Shown here piece by piece: positions 1-13,292 of a DNA stretch of 64,000 bases. Origin of the DNA: the human T2T-CHM13v2.0 reference genome, Homo sapiens; NCBI RefSeq assembly GCF_009914755.1, contig NC_060931.1; one strand, written 5' to 3'. How positions within the stretch are numbered: position 1 is the first letter of the stretch; the number at the start of each line of letters is the position of its first letter. Below the pieces are notes generated by a model that saw nothing but the letters and a program-made list of their open reading frames with translations, had not been told where the DNA came from and made no database searches. A program made the position numbers and the translations under genes.

Positions 1-881
1 GGCTGCTTTTTCATTTTTAGAAATTAAAATTCTGTTCAGTGGTGTTGTTTATTAGTTTTCTAGCCCATTGATTTTTCTTTCACAATAACACCTGGGTTAT
101 TCAGAGCCTCCCAGGGAACACCAGACTTCCAAGATTCTCGAGGATGATTGTTATTGTTTTCTAGAGTGTGTTGCAGATTTCCTGCCTTTATCAACAGAGC
201 CTGTGCATTCTCCCCGGCTTCTTGTGAGACATGTGCCAACTCTCCCCATCATAGCCTCTGCCCAGGGAGCCTCTTATCGCTCTTGCCCTTGGCTAGCTGT
301 CCAGGCTGCTGGTCCTTCTCTGGTCCCTGGGTCTGCATTTTGCTGGTTTCCCGTCTCATTCTTAGGCGGCTGCATTTTCCCGATGTGAGGATGCTTGCCA
401 TTAGCATTCCTTTCCCCATTTTATAATTTCCCAGACTCACATCCTGTGAGCTGGGAAGCCAGATAACGAAGCTTGTTAGAGTTTTTTGTAAAGAGAAATT
501 AGATTCTAAATGGCTGTTCCTCCCCAGGAGTAAAGTGCATGGATTTTAGGACATTTGCATGGTGGTTTGATTGCTTTTTCTGCTTTTCTGCTCTGTGGTT
601 TTTCTCAGTATGCCACATCACTGAACTTGGAGAGCAGAGGTGTTTCTGGACTGTGTTTTAAGAAAGATGGGCTCAAGGAGGTCCCCTTGACAAGGAATAG
701 CTATAGCAATCTTGGGCTCTGAAGTTCAGATGAGTTACCTGCTATTGGACAAGCTAATGAACCTCTGTACCTCTGTCACCAATTTTTTAAGGGCCACAGT
801 GATGCTACATAGCTAATTTAATCTGCTGTGACATGGGCTTTACACATAAGATAATGCAGGTGGGCTCTTATTTTTTTTTAA

Positions 882-1189
<308 letters not shown>

Positions 1190-2262
1190 TCATCTGAACA
1201 ATTTTGCAGTGAAATTCTCTGAACCCTGGGAGCAGATACCTGGCCTGGCTCCCGCTCAGTGCTAAGCTAAGCCCTGCCAGGGCTGAAGCCCCACAGGACT
1301 CCATTCCAGTTAGTGTCCAAGCAGCACAGCCAAGCCAGCAGTGTCTCCTTTCCACCTTCCCTGGGGGCAGGAATGCTGTTTCTGCCGGGTAAGCCCCTAG
1401 CAGGGGCTCAGACACCCTTCTCATCACCTGATTTGCATTCCTGGTTCCATCTGTTTTATATATTGAGTCTTCTAAGATTTGGTTTAAAGAAAAGGTTTCA
1501 TTGCTTAAAAAAACATTCTTTGCAAATCCTGCCCTAGAGAAGTCTAAAGTAGAGAGACCCAGATGGGTGCTGGCATGACCCAGAAGCTGGCCCAACTCCT
1601 GCATGACTGGAGACACTGATTCATAACCGCCACCACCCCTGCCCAGTTTCTTCTTTGGGACTGTATGAACTACCCAGATGGGGAAGCTGAGGCAAGGGTC
1701 TGGGCTCTGAGCCACGAGCCAAGGGGCTGCTGGTCAGGTGGTGGTTCACAGGGAGCTGCTCTTCCCCCCAGAAACATTAGCTTGGTCTCGAAAGGCTGCA
1801 AGGTCTGTAGGCTCCCACTGAAGGCCCAGTGTGGAGCTCAGCCCTGGGGCTGCGTCTGGGTGGCTGAGGGTGAGGGCAGCCTGGGGTTCAGGCAGGTGGC
1901 CAGCTGGATGTCCAGCCCACATGCCCACGGGCCCGCATGCAGAGGACCGGTCAGCCTCCATGGCGAGGAGAGATGGGAAAGGCAGAGCTGAGAGTGCTTT
2001 ATGAAATGCCCCCAGGCTTACTCAAACAGAGAAAGTCAGGGTAACGAGTCAGAGGGCAGGAATCTGGCGGGTCAGAAAGATCAGGAGCCAGCAGGGAAGC
2101 GGATTGATGACAGCCGACTCCGGCGGCACCAGGCGGCAGCGGCTGCGGGTTATCCCAGCGGGCGCAGCCTGTACTCCTCTCCTGCCCCTGCGGGAGCTGG
2201 AAGCTGAGTGACACCAGCCCGAGGCCTGCAGCGCAGGGCCAGAGACCGCTGGCTGGGCCCAG

Positions 2263-2855
2263 GTGAGAGTGTGTGTGAGTGTGTATGTGAAAGTGTGTGT
2301 ATGTGTGTGTATATGTGAGTGTGTATTTGTGTATATGTGAGTGTGAATGTGTGTGAGGGTATGAGTGTGTATGTGAATGTGTGTGTGTATGATGTGTGTG
2401 TATAAGTGTATGTGTGTGAGCGTGTATGAGTTTATGTGTGTATGCGTGTGTGAGAATGTGTGTATGAGTGTGTGAGAGTATATATGTGTATATGGGTATA
2501 TAAGTGTGTATGAGTGTATGTGTGCATGAGTGTGTATATGTGAGTGTATGTGTGTATGTGTATGAGTGTGGGCATGTGTATGAGTGTATGAGTGTGTGTG
2601 AGTGTACGTATATCTAAGCATGTGTATGTGTGTGAGTAAGTGTATGTATATGTGAGCGTGTGTATGAGTGTATGTGTATGAGTGTGTGAGTGTGTGTATG
2701 TGTGAACATGTGTGTATGAGTGTGTGTATGAGTGTGTGAGCGTGTGTATGAGTGTGTGAATGTGCATTAGTGCATATGAGTGTGTGTATGTGTATGTATG
2801 AGTGGGTGTGTAGGAGTGTGTATGTGAGTGTGTGAGTGTGTGCCAGTGTGTGTGC
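2263..2855 (+). repeat. Degenerate (TG)n/(TGTA)/(TGAG) low-complexity tract, about 590 bp
   Basis: Directly visible. Confidence 0.95.
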
Positions 2856-3450
2856 TGGGGAAAGGATAGAGACAAAGAGCACATGCAATTACTTCCTGAA
2901 GTACACCCTAACCCTGGGCCTCCTGGAGAGCTGTTTGTTCCCAATCCCCAATATCCAACCCATGCTTTCTACTTCACCGGAGAGCCCTGTGGTGCCCACC
3001 TCTATGCCATTCTCCTATAGACAGTAAATCTTAGTTAACTTGATTGACACAGGTATCATGCCCAGGCTATAAACTTTTGGAGCAACACATTAGAAGGGGC
3101 TTAGAGGACTTCAGAGGCAGATATAATGACGGTAAGTGAGAGTCACAATGGAGCCAAAATAAAAACAAACACACACAAACCTAAAATACAGGACTAATCA
3201 GCAGAGGAAGTAGCAGCTGGATGCTCACAAGATCATAGAGGGACCTTAGAGTCCAACCCATCTCCCAAGGCACAAAGTCTATGTCTAGTGTATCTGGCAT
3301 GGTCATTTGGCTCAGACATCTAGGGACAGGAACACAAGGACCACACATGGCAACTCATGTCAGAGTTTTCCTTTATACAGAACGGGAAATTCCTTTATGG
3401 CACTCTGACTCTGGTTCTGGTGTGACGCTTTGGGCCTGGAGTGTGGAGCC

Positions 3451-3485
3451 ATGGAAGCCTGGACTTATGGAAGCCTGGACTTATG
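3451..3485. repeat. 16-bp tandem duplication ATGGAAGCCTGGACTT x2
   Basis: Exact. Confidence 0.9.
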
Positions 3486-3627
3486 TCCCCTTAAGTCTTC
3501 TCTTCATTCCTCATGTGACTCAGGCTCCAGCTTTTTAACATCCTGGCCACCCACCTCTGGATGAGCTCCTTATCCAGAATTTGATGTACTGGACACATCA
3601 TTTATTAATTTTTAAAATTAAAAAAAA

Positions 3628-3954
<327 letters not shown>

Positions 3955-3974
3955 TCACATTGCCTGGGGGGTTA

Positions 3975-4195
3975 AGAGCTCAAGTTCTGGAATCATACAA
4001 TCTTGGATTCAAGTCCCAGCTCCACCACTTAGTAGCTGCATAACCGCGGGTAAGTAAGTTACTTAACCTCTCTGAACTTCAGTTTCCTTCTCTTTAAAAT
4101 GAAGATAAAAATAATAGCACCTTCACGGAGGATTAAGTTATATAGTGTGTGTAAATGACCTCCCACAGTGCCTGGCATATGGTAAACACTTGGAA
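3975..4195 (+). mobile_element. MIR
   Basis: AGCTCCACCACTTAGTAGCTG..TTACTTAACCTCTCTGAACTTCAGTTTCC core. Confidence 0.65.
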
Positions 4196-4354
4196 TTTGG
4201 CAGCCACGTTGGACTGATGGTGACTCATGCTGAGCCTGTACTTAGCTAAAAGCCAAGGGTCTTTTTCGCATGAACTGCTGGCATTTATCCTTATTAGACT
4301 TCATTTTGTCAGTTTCAGTCCATTGTCTCTTCCTGTCCGCATGTCTCATTCTGC

Positions 4355-4380
4355 CACCGTACATTAGCACCGTACATTAG
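4355..4380. repeat. 13-bp tandem duplication CACCGTACATTAG x2
   Basis: Exact. Confidence 0.9.
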
Positions 4381-4992
4381 CCAGCTAGCGCATCCAACTT
4401 AGCCATCTGCAAATCTGATAATAAGCCTTTTATATTTTCAACTGCAATCTCACCCTAATCTGATGCCAACATGCTATTCAAGATTCTTTAGGTTCAGCTG
4501 TTCACCCAGCCCTCAAGTTACTCAACTGTGCTTTCTCATGGAGCCCACTCTGACTCCTCTGAGTGAGAAATTCTCTTTTTCCCCCCTGGAAATTTTGAAG
4601 GCTCCAAGGAAAAAGTTAAATTATATTTAATAACTTCTGTTTCAAAGACCAAGGAAATTATAAAACCCATTAGAAAGACTGTAATCAAAAATTAGTCAAC
4701 ATGAAGTTTGGGCAGTTGGCAGTGTAAATTTTATTTATCTAGAACATCCCCTCTTGAGGAGTTGTATAAATCCTCCACAATGCCAGAAAACGAGGCATCA
4801 CTTCATAGGGCATTCTGTATTTTTCCACATGGTTTATACTTTCTCTCTACTAAAATAGAAACTTCTCCGGGTCAGGAGCCCTTCTGTCATTTTGTATCTC
4901 TTATCAGCACCTGAGTCTGAGCTTTGCACACAACTCCTAATACCCACTGGCTGACAGATCACCACTGTAAAAATGAACCATTTATATGTACT

Positions 4993-5466
4993 TGTGATGG
5001 TTAACTTTGCATGTCAACTTGGGTGGACCATGGGGTGCCCAGATTAAGCATTGCTTCTGGGTGTTTCTGGATGAGATTGGCATTTGAATCAGTGGATTGC
5101 CCTCTGCCATCTGGACAGACATCATCCAATCTGTCGAGGGCCTGACTAGAACAAAAGGCAGAGGAAGCAGGAATTTGCCTCCTTTTTCCAGTCTCACCAC
5201 CTGGGCTGGGACATCTGTCATCTCCTGCCCTGGGACTGGGATCTACACCATTGGCTTCCCTGGTTCTTAGGCCTTTGGACTCACACAGAGTGACATCAGC
5301 AGCTCTCCTGGGTCTCCAGCTTGCAAGTGGCAGCTCATGGGATGTCTTAGCCTCCATAATTAATCAAGTGAGCCAATTCCTACACACACACACACACACG
5401 CGCGCGCGCGCACGCGTGCGCGCTAGTCTCCTCTTCGTTCTGTTTCTCTGGAGAAACTGCAGAACA
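4993..5466 (+). mobile_element. MLT2-family (ERVL) solo LTR
   Basis: Starts TGTGATGGTTAA..TGTCAACTT; internal CATCATCCAATC..GAGGGCCTGA..AGAACAAAAGGC; ends TTCTGTTTCTCTGGAGAA. Confidence 0.75.
5381..5423. repeat. (CA)n(CG)n alternating purine-pyrimidine tract
   Basis: 43 bp of uninterrupted alternation. Confidence 0.9.
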
Positions 5467-7091
5467 TATCCAGCTTCAGACAGTGAGAGCTCAGATACGA
5501 GATTCAAGAGGGGAGAGATGACATTTTGTTTATTTTTGTCACCCTCAGGGTACCCATATCATCCCATGTTGCACCTGGTAGATGTAGAACTGAGAAAATA
5601 CTGTCTCTAAATGTTGAATGAATAACATGAGGGAACCCAGCCACAGTCCCAGAGTCACACTGATCCTATTCACGTGCCTTCCTTCCCTCACTGAAGATGA
5701 CATTACTGACACATTGTCAAGAAACACTGCAATCAAGAGCTGTGAATGAGGGCTGATGCAAACATGGTGCTGGGCTACAGACAGGCCATAGACATAGACA
5801 TTGTACATCCCAGAGAGCATGAATCTCGGTGGGGAGAGCACATGTCTATGAAAAGTTTATATCTGGTGTATCTGATGCACCATTTAAAAGATAAAGACAT
5901 GAAATAGGCTCATTGAGAAGGGATCAACACTTTCAGCCTTTGGTCATTGGAAGGGCTTCACCAAAGAGAGTAATTGAGTAGGACTTTAAAGGTCAAAGAA
6001 CGGGAGAGAACTTTCCAAAGTGGAAGAATAACCCAAGTCGCAGTAAGAGGATGGTCAAGAAGTAGATGGGTTTGGGAAATGACAAGGATTTGGGGGCTCC
6101 TAAAGAGCACCAGCCTAGCTTCCCCCTGTGAGCCATGGCACATTCTGGTGTCATAGTGGTGCATAGGTGGTTGTGGAATAGGTGTTTTCTCTGCAAAGTT
6201 AACTGGCTTACAAAGGGCTATAACCCATGTGCTCTGCCTTACTGGCATTTCCCTCTAATCTGAGCTAAGAAGGTCAGCTAAACAGACTATATTTGGACTA
6301 AGCTGCTCCCTGTAGCCCAACTACTAAATATCATCATCAGCCAAAGCCACGTCATCAGGCAGGTGGATTCGGATTTTTCACCTCAAATGATAAGACGTGC
6401 TTTCTGGCTCCTCCAGCCCCTAGCAATAGTGACACACAGTCCCTCCCTGGACAGTCTTCCTTTATTTCTCACAGAGTCCTGTTACCCTCCCAAGCGACTG
6501 CCTCTGCAGACTCTCCTTACGGGTTTGGCCTTCCTCTCTGGACAAAGGGGCGTCCCTCGGATAACTGTTGCCTGGCAACATCTCTACTGTGCCCTTGGAG
6601 AAACAGAGACACTGTCTGCTTGAAAGCTAAGGCATGCTGTTGGCTTTTGGGCTGCCTATAGTGAAATACAAAGATTAGGTTTCTTAATTAATAGTTTTCT
6701 CACTTTAAAAGGTTATTTAGGATTCAGTTCTTTCTAAACATCATTTTTTTTCCTCTACCCTCCACTTTCAAGCCCTGCCCTTGCTGGTTTTAATTTCACA
6801 ATTTTAAAGAGAAGCCTGGAGAACAAGCTTGTATAGCTCTCTTAAGAAAAGTCACATTTAGGTTGCTTTTTTCTTTAGGCAGACACAAAACCCCATATTA
6901 CCTATTCTTTTTTCACGAAAGAAGAGGGGGCAATTAGAACAACTGCCTGGTGATTCTGGTCACAGATTAGCTTTTACATGGGTCCCCACGATATTGGGGT
7001 TGTACCCATCTCCAGGAATGAAAGCACTGCTGAGAGCTTTGGGGATTCTCTTCTTTTTGGTGAGCCTGAGGCTATGGCTACTCAATGCCAC

Positions 7092-7265
7092 ATGTGTGTG
7101 TGTGTGTGTGTGTATGTGTGTGTGTGTGTGTGTGTGTGTATAGCCACACACACACATATATATATGTGTGTACAGATAGATAGATAGAAAGAGGAAGGAA
7201 AGAGAGAGAGAGAGGAGAGAGAGAGAGACGGGCCCAGGGGGAGAGAGACAGGGGAGGGAGTTGGG

Positions 7266-7297
<32 letters not shown>

Positions 7298-7310
7298 AAG
7301 AAAGAAAAGG
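7092..7310. repeat. Compound microsatellite (TG)n, (CA/TA)n, (TAGA)n, (GA)n
   Basis: Directly visible. Confidence 0.9.
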
Positions 7311-7569
7311 AACCTAAAAGCAAACAAAAAACTAGTCAGTTAAATCTATCCAGTAGAAAGACAAAGTGTTCATTTGCAGTGAAGTACAACTATTAGAGGA
7401 TTGCCTAATTCTATTTTTGGAAAGTTCTGTTGTCCATTAAAGCATCCATAGGCCCCGCTCCATTCTTCCTCATATCACAGAAGTGAAGAGACTCACAGTT
7501 CTAAGTAATAACTCCATGTGTACATAGTGCCATGAAGCCACATACCACTTTATGGAGTCTTTTTCTTAT

Positions 7570-7790
7570 GGTGTAGTGATCAAGTGTATACACTTTGAAT
7601 TCTAATAGTTACGGGTTTGAATCTAATTCTGCTACTTTCAGCTTTGTGATTTGGGCTGAGTCTCTTAATTCTCTGAGCCTATCTGTAAAATGGAAATACT
7701 AGCATGCGCCTTGTACAGCCCTTGGGAGTATTACATAACAAATGCAGCACTTCTGATAGAGTGCCTGGCGCTTAGTAGGCATTCAAATAT
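7570..7790 (+). mobile_element. MIR
   Basis: Degenerate MIR core ending GTGCCTGGC..TAGTAGGCATTCAA. Confidence 0.55.
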
Positions 7791-8705
7791 GAGCTTCCTT
7801 TCCTCTTCTTTCTGTGCCTCTGCCCATAACCTTACCCCCATCTCAGTGATTCAGGCTTTTTCATTAAAAAAAAAAAAAAAAAAAACCAAAAACAAAACAA
7901 AAACCCTAAGCAGAGACCAGGTGTTAATAATGAGACAGTTGAATGGAACCAGGTGTTACTGAATGAGATCGTCATTCATTTGGTCCCAGGTTCTGGCTGT
8001 TTTGTTTTGTTTTGTTTTTTCTTTTTCCCTACTCATGGCAGGCTTAAACTTTGCTCTGAAATTTTGCCACAACCTGGGCTTCCCACTGACAATTTCTGTT
8101 TGAGCTTTTGAGAAGGCCACAGACAGTGAATGGAGAGGGCTCACTCTAGGGAGGGCGCAAAGAAAGAAAGTAACCTTAAGTCGGGCGAGAAGAAAAAGAA
8201 ATGTTGTTTTTTGGAGGCGTGGATGAAAACATTGTCAGGGTTCAGGGAAATAGGGTAAGTCTCTCTGTAACAAACATTCATTGAGCACCTACTGTGTACA
8301 GGCTCAGCTTTCTAATGGGAGGTCTGATTCCTGCCTTTGTGTGCTTATCGTCTAAATAGACATCCAGAGTCTGAAAAAGGTCAACAGCAGCTGAGTTTTA
8401 GGCATCAATCACACAGCTCCTAAAAGGCTTCAGACCGAGGGAGCAACTGGATGTGTTTAATCAAGTGAGGCTTCCTGAAAGAGGCAAATTTTGAGCCAGT
8501 TTGAAGGAGATGAGGATCATGGGTGGAAGGAGAGGAATTCAGGGTCTAGAACTGCAGGTGCCAAAGCTTAGTGTTAAGGGGTCATTCCAGTGGGTGACAA
8601 GGCCCCCTCATCGTCAAGTGCTGGGTGAATCTCCCTTCATTGGAGGCTCTCTTTCAGGGGCCCTGCAGGGACCCAGGCAGGGGGTGGGGCTACAAGTAGT
8701 CTAAC

Positions 8706-8834
8706 CTCATTGGACCGGAGGACTCCGAAGAACGGGTAGAGGAAGGCCGGCACCAGGGCTGCAGCTCCCAGAGGCACTGCCTCCGACACCCAGTACACAG
8801 CAGTCACGATCAGCACGTAAGCACACGAGGCCTC
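8706..8834 (-). CDS. SLC13A4: SLC13A4 coding exon 2 (43 codons, EASCAYVLIVTAVYWVSEAVPLGAAALVPAFLYPFFGVLRSNE)
   Basis: Acceptor tttccttgccttgcag|GAG; donor GAG|GTTAGA; 129 nt, phase 0/0, in frame with exon 1; W-x-x-E-A-x-P motif typical of SLC13/DASS. No exon 3 seen in 1-8705. Confidence 0.96.
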
Positions 8835-9274
8835 CTGCAAGGCAAGGAAAGGGGCCGTCATTCACAGGAATAGTCACTGCCACTGAGCGTCCGGATGCAA
8901 CCCTGGCATCTGAGGCAGCAGACTCAGACTGTAACGCGGGTACTAGGATACAGCCCAGGGACCGAAACCGAACTGGCAGGCGAGCATGGTGAATACATGG
9001 TGAGTCCATCCTTTGGTGGGTGACATTATGGCTGCTCCTTCGGGGACCGATGCCTGGCGTGTGGTTTGCACTGGTGTGTAGCCAGGCAGCTCGGAGGGTT
9101 CTGGAAACTGCCAAGGTGGGGACTGAACTTAACTGCAGTGACCAGACCCATGATCACAAAACCATACAAGTGGAGTTCAAAGCTTTAACTTGGACTGGGA
9201 TGTAATTGGTGTTAAGTTGACTGGATATTAGAAGTTCTTGGGGTAGTTGGAGATAGGAATCACTATGTGTGGTG

Positions 9275-9597
9275 GGGGCTGGGGCTTGCACTTGTAATCC
9301 CAGGACTTTGGGAGGCCAAGGTGGGAGGATCACTTGAGCCCAGGAGTTTGAGACCAGCCTGGGCAATATATAGCAAGACCCCATCTCTAAAAAATAAAAT
9401 ATAAATTAGCCAGGTGTGGTGGCACAGGCCTGTAGTCCCAGCTACTTGGGAGGCTGATGCCAGAGGATCACTTGAGCCCAGGGGCTTCAGGCTGCAGTGA
9501 GCTATGATCATATGCCATTGCACTCCAGCTTGGACTACAGGACTATAGAGTACAATGCTGTCTCAAAAAAACAAACAAACAAACAAACAAAAAAAAC
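9275..9597 (+). mobile_element. Alu (AluJ-like)
   Basis: GAGCCCAGGAGTTTGAG and CAGGCTGCAGTGAGCTATGAT. Confidence 0.88.
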
Positions 9598-10242
9598 AGT
9601 TCGTTCACATGTGAGCTCTGAGATCAGTCATCCTGAGTTTGACACATGTGCCTAAGATATGAAGATATGTGGCATTGGTGTGTGCCTGACTGAAGAGAAG
9701 TGGATCAGTAAGAAGTGAGATTTATAAACAATCCAAAAGGTGGCTTCTGGACTGTGCTCTTACAGCCCTGGGCATCTGGGGTGTGTCTCAAGAATATACC
9801 AGGGGGATCAGCAAGGCCTGGAATCTGGACCCCCTCTCCAGCCTCATCCCAAATGGAGTAGCTTTGTTCTCATTTGATTCATATACGAACATTACATGTG
9901 AGATTTGAAAAAAAAAAAAGCTTTATTGCTTTAAAAATGAACAAACAAAGTTAAATCCCCCTGTTTTAGACTATTTGCTGAAACAACTTGATTCAGTAGT
10001 AAATTTTAATCAAATAAATTATTAGGCAACTTGAAGAACTGATTGACCATTTCCCCCTTCAATTTTGGATCTGAGGTCCTACCATGTTTTGCATCTAGAG
10101 ACTGAATCCTTCTCCCAAAGGCCCCTGTAAGAGTTAATAAGGAGCTCCCTTCCCTGGGAGAGGGAAGGGAAGACTGAAGAGGAAGGCAGCGATCCTGAGC
10201 ATGGAACTCTCATTTTGGATGAAGAAGCATCAGCTCCTAACT

Positions 10243-10456
10243 CAGTGTTTGTCAACCTTCGTACTACTGACATTTAGGGCCACATAGTTTCTTCTTGCAG
10301 GGGGGCTGTCCTGTGCACTGTAAAAGAGCAGCATCCCTGGTCTCTACCCACTAAATGCCGGTAGCACTTCCTCCACTGTGACAACCAAAAAACCATCTCT
10401 AGACATTGCCAAATGTCCCTTGGGGAGGTAAAATGATTCCTGGTTGAGAGCCACTG
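10243..10456. mobile_element. MER20 (hAT-Charlie MITE) in SLC13A4 intron 1
   Basis: TIRs CAGTGTTTGTCAACC / GGTTGAGAGCCACTG; internal GTCCTGTGCACTGTA..AGCATCCCTGG..TACCCACTA..AGACATTGCCAAATGTCCC. Confidence 0.8.
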
Positions 10457-11548
10457 CCCTAACCAGGGTCTGGTTCTCGTTGCTCTTGGACTCCATTCTA
10501 TCCGCTTGACACCATGGAAACATCCATCTACAAAGACTGAAGACAGCCATCTATCTGGAAGGGGAGGCCTGGACATTCACCAGCATTTTCCATAGCCCAC
10601 TCACTTTGCTGGCTGGACAACCTAGGGGTGCACAGGGTAATTAAGTACAACATTCTTATCAGAAGCCAGCCCTCCATCAGCTTGCCCTCTAGTTGTGTTG
10701 ATTGCCCTGAATTATGCTGATGAACGCTGTTAAGACAGGTTACCGCCTTACTCTAGGGAGAGGCTGCAGTTCATGGGCCTTGTTAATGGTAACATCACCA
10801 AGCTCCGTGACTCAGAAGAGCATTTATAGAAAATCCAAGTTGGCTGTGGGATCCTCAATTTTTACATAGTTCTAAACCATCAGGACTCGTGTCTGATTTG
10901 CCCTGAGGCTGGCTGCTGATCAAGGAACCTGACAAATCTTGCTGTTTATGGCCCCTTGAGTTCAGAACACGCGTCCTCAAACTCTTGCATAAAAGTTACA
11001 AAAGGTCGCTGTATCAGTAAGGGGCAGCAGGAGTGATTAAATCAGCTGGGCTGGCAAGGACCTTGTGCCCTCCTGACATTCGTGGATTATGGGATTGGGG
11101 TTTGAGAAATGGGAACTGGGCCCAAAAGTTGACTGTAGCTCCCCACTGAGATGTTCTCTGGGGCCAAAAGATCAGAGGGAAGATAAAACTTTTGGAAGTG
11201 CTGATAAGACAACAGAACCAATGGTGGAAAAAAAAAGAGGCTCCACTTGGAAACAAATTCAATTTAGAGAAATACCCTGTTTGCTATAGAAATAAAACTA
11301 CCTAAAGGAGTTCAAACCCACGTGTTCTCATCTCTCTTCTGGGAAAGAGACAGAGTGGCAGATCTTAACTCCAGTTGAAGAGAAAGAGTTGAGAGACAAA
11401 ATGTCTGCCCCTCACTGGGGACCCTTATTTCTTCCTGGAACCCTTAGTCTTTCTTGATCTGGTCATTACAGGGCTACAAGTTACAAGTTAAGGGGAAGGA
11501 GGTGGGGAGAGAAGGTGCAGAGAAAGGGAAAGGAGAAAGAGGAAAAGA

Positions 11549-11895
<347 letters not shown>

Positions 11896-13002
11896 TCAAT
11901 TAGGAGAATGTGGGTAAAATAAAGCAAACATTTTGGTTGTAAATATTGTTAGACATGCGACTAGGTTACTGGAAGAAGTAAGTCATCAGGCCACCTTCAC
12001 CCAGCTGTATTAAGGACAGGATTAATTACTATCATTTTTTACCTGGATTTTCCTTAGAGTAGAAGAATGGACAAGAGACACCTTTAGAGAGTCTTTCCAT
12101 ACAGTTTCCACTTATTTCACCCATGGAATCTCCATAAACTTCATTTTTCCCCTTCTAAAGCTTCCCAAAATTCAGGAGGTAAGCTTGTATTCAGACAACC
12201 AAAAATACTGCAAAGTTTGCTTACAAGGAGTCCGATGTCCCCAACGCCTATCCCATGTCTAGCAGGTGGTTCAATTCACGTGGGCTGAACTGCACTGGAC
12301 TTCTCTGCTGGCTGTCAGGTCTCGCTCATCTTCTGGAGAGAATATTCTGCAACCCCCAGGCTCTTTAACAACACCACTGGTTCCTTATAATAGCAGGTAT
12401 GTGGGGGTTGGGCATTGGTGAGTGTTCAGACAATATCTTCAAGGGACATGCTATCTACTATTTTTTGGCTCCCGTTTACAAGTAAAGGAAAGAGTTCGAA
12501 AGTGGCATTTCCCCATGTAGGACGTTTCCTAGTCAGCTACTCACTTAGGCGTGGAACTGCTCGTTTTCCACGCAGTTTGACCACCCCAGTGATATCCCAC
12601 TCCAACTTCACGGGAAGGAGGTTGAAGTCTGTTATCTGTTATCATCAATGACTGGGGGCGCCTTTTAAAAAATTTAGCTTGGGCAGTTGAGATGCAACTT
12701 TTATCCCACTGGGGGCACTGAGGAAGGGCTTAGTTATGGATGCTGTCTCTTGTACCCTCTTCTTCTATAACATGATAAACAGTGTCTGGACCTCTAGTTT
12801 TAGAGAGTTGGGCAAGAAAAAGGGGGAAGGTCATTTTGACTCCTCCTAAAATGTAGCTGAGGCTTGTCGCTTAGAACCATCAAAACTGCAGGCCAGGAGC
12901 TCCTGCCCAGGTACTCCATCACTGCTCTCAACTCCAGTCCAGAGCAAGAAAATCCATTTGGAATTTTAAGGGTTAAATATCAGACTCTAAAAGTTTGATG
13001 CA

Positions 13003-13292
13003 GGCCAGGCACGGTGGCTCACACCTGTAATCTCAACACTTTGGGAGGATCACGTCAGACCATGAGTTTGAGACCAGCCTGGGCAACATAGTGAAACCCC
13101 CATTTCTACAAAAAAAATTTTTTTAAAAATTAGCTGCATGTGGTGGTACTTGCTTGCCTGTAGTCCCAGCTACTCCAGAGGCTGAGGCACGAGGATTGCT
13201 TAACCCCAGGAGCTCAAGGCTGCAGTGAGCTACGATTGTGCCACTGCACTCCGGACTGGGTGACAGAGTGAGACTCTGCGTCTACAAAAAAA
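13003..13292 (+). mobile_element. Alu (AluJ-like)
   Basis: TSD AAAAGTTTGATG at 12989-13000 and 13290-13301. Confidence 0.9.

Noticed and set aside
2049-2944. 279-aa and 170-aa His/Thr-rich ORFs
   Set aside because: Translations of the (CA)n-like tract; low complexity with no splice or homology support
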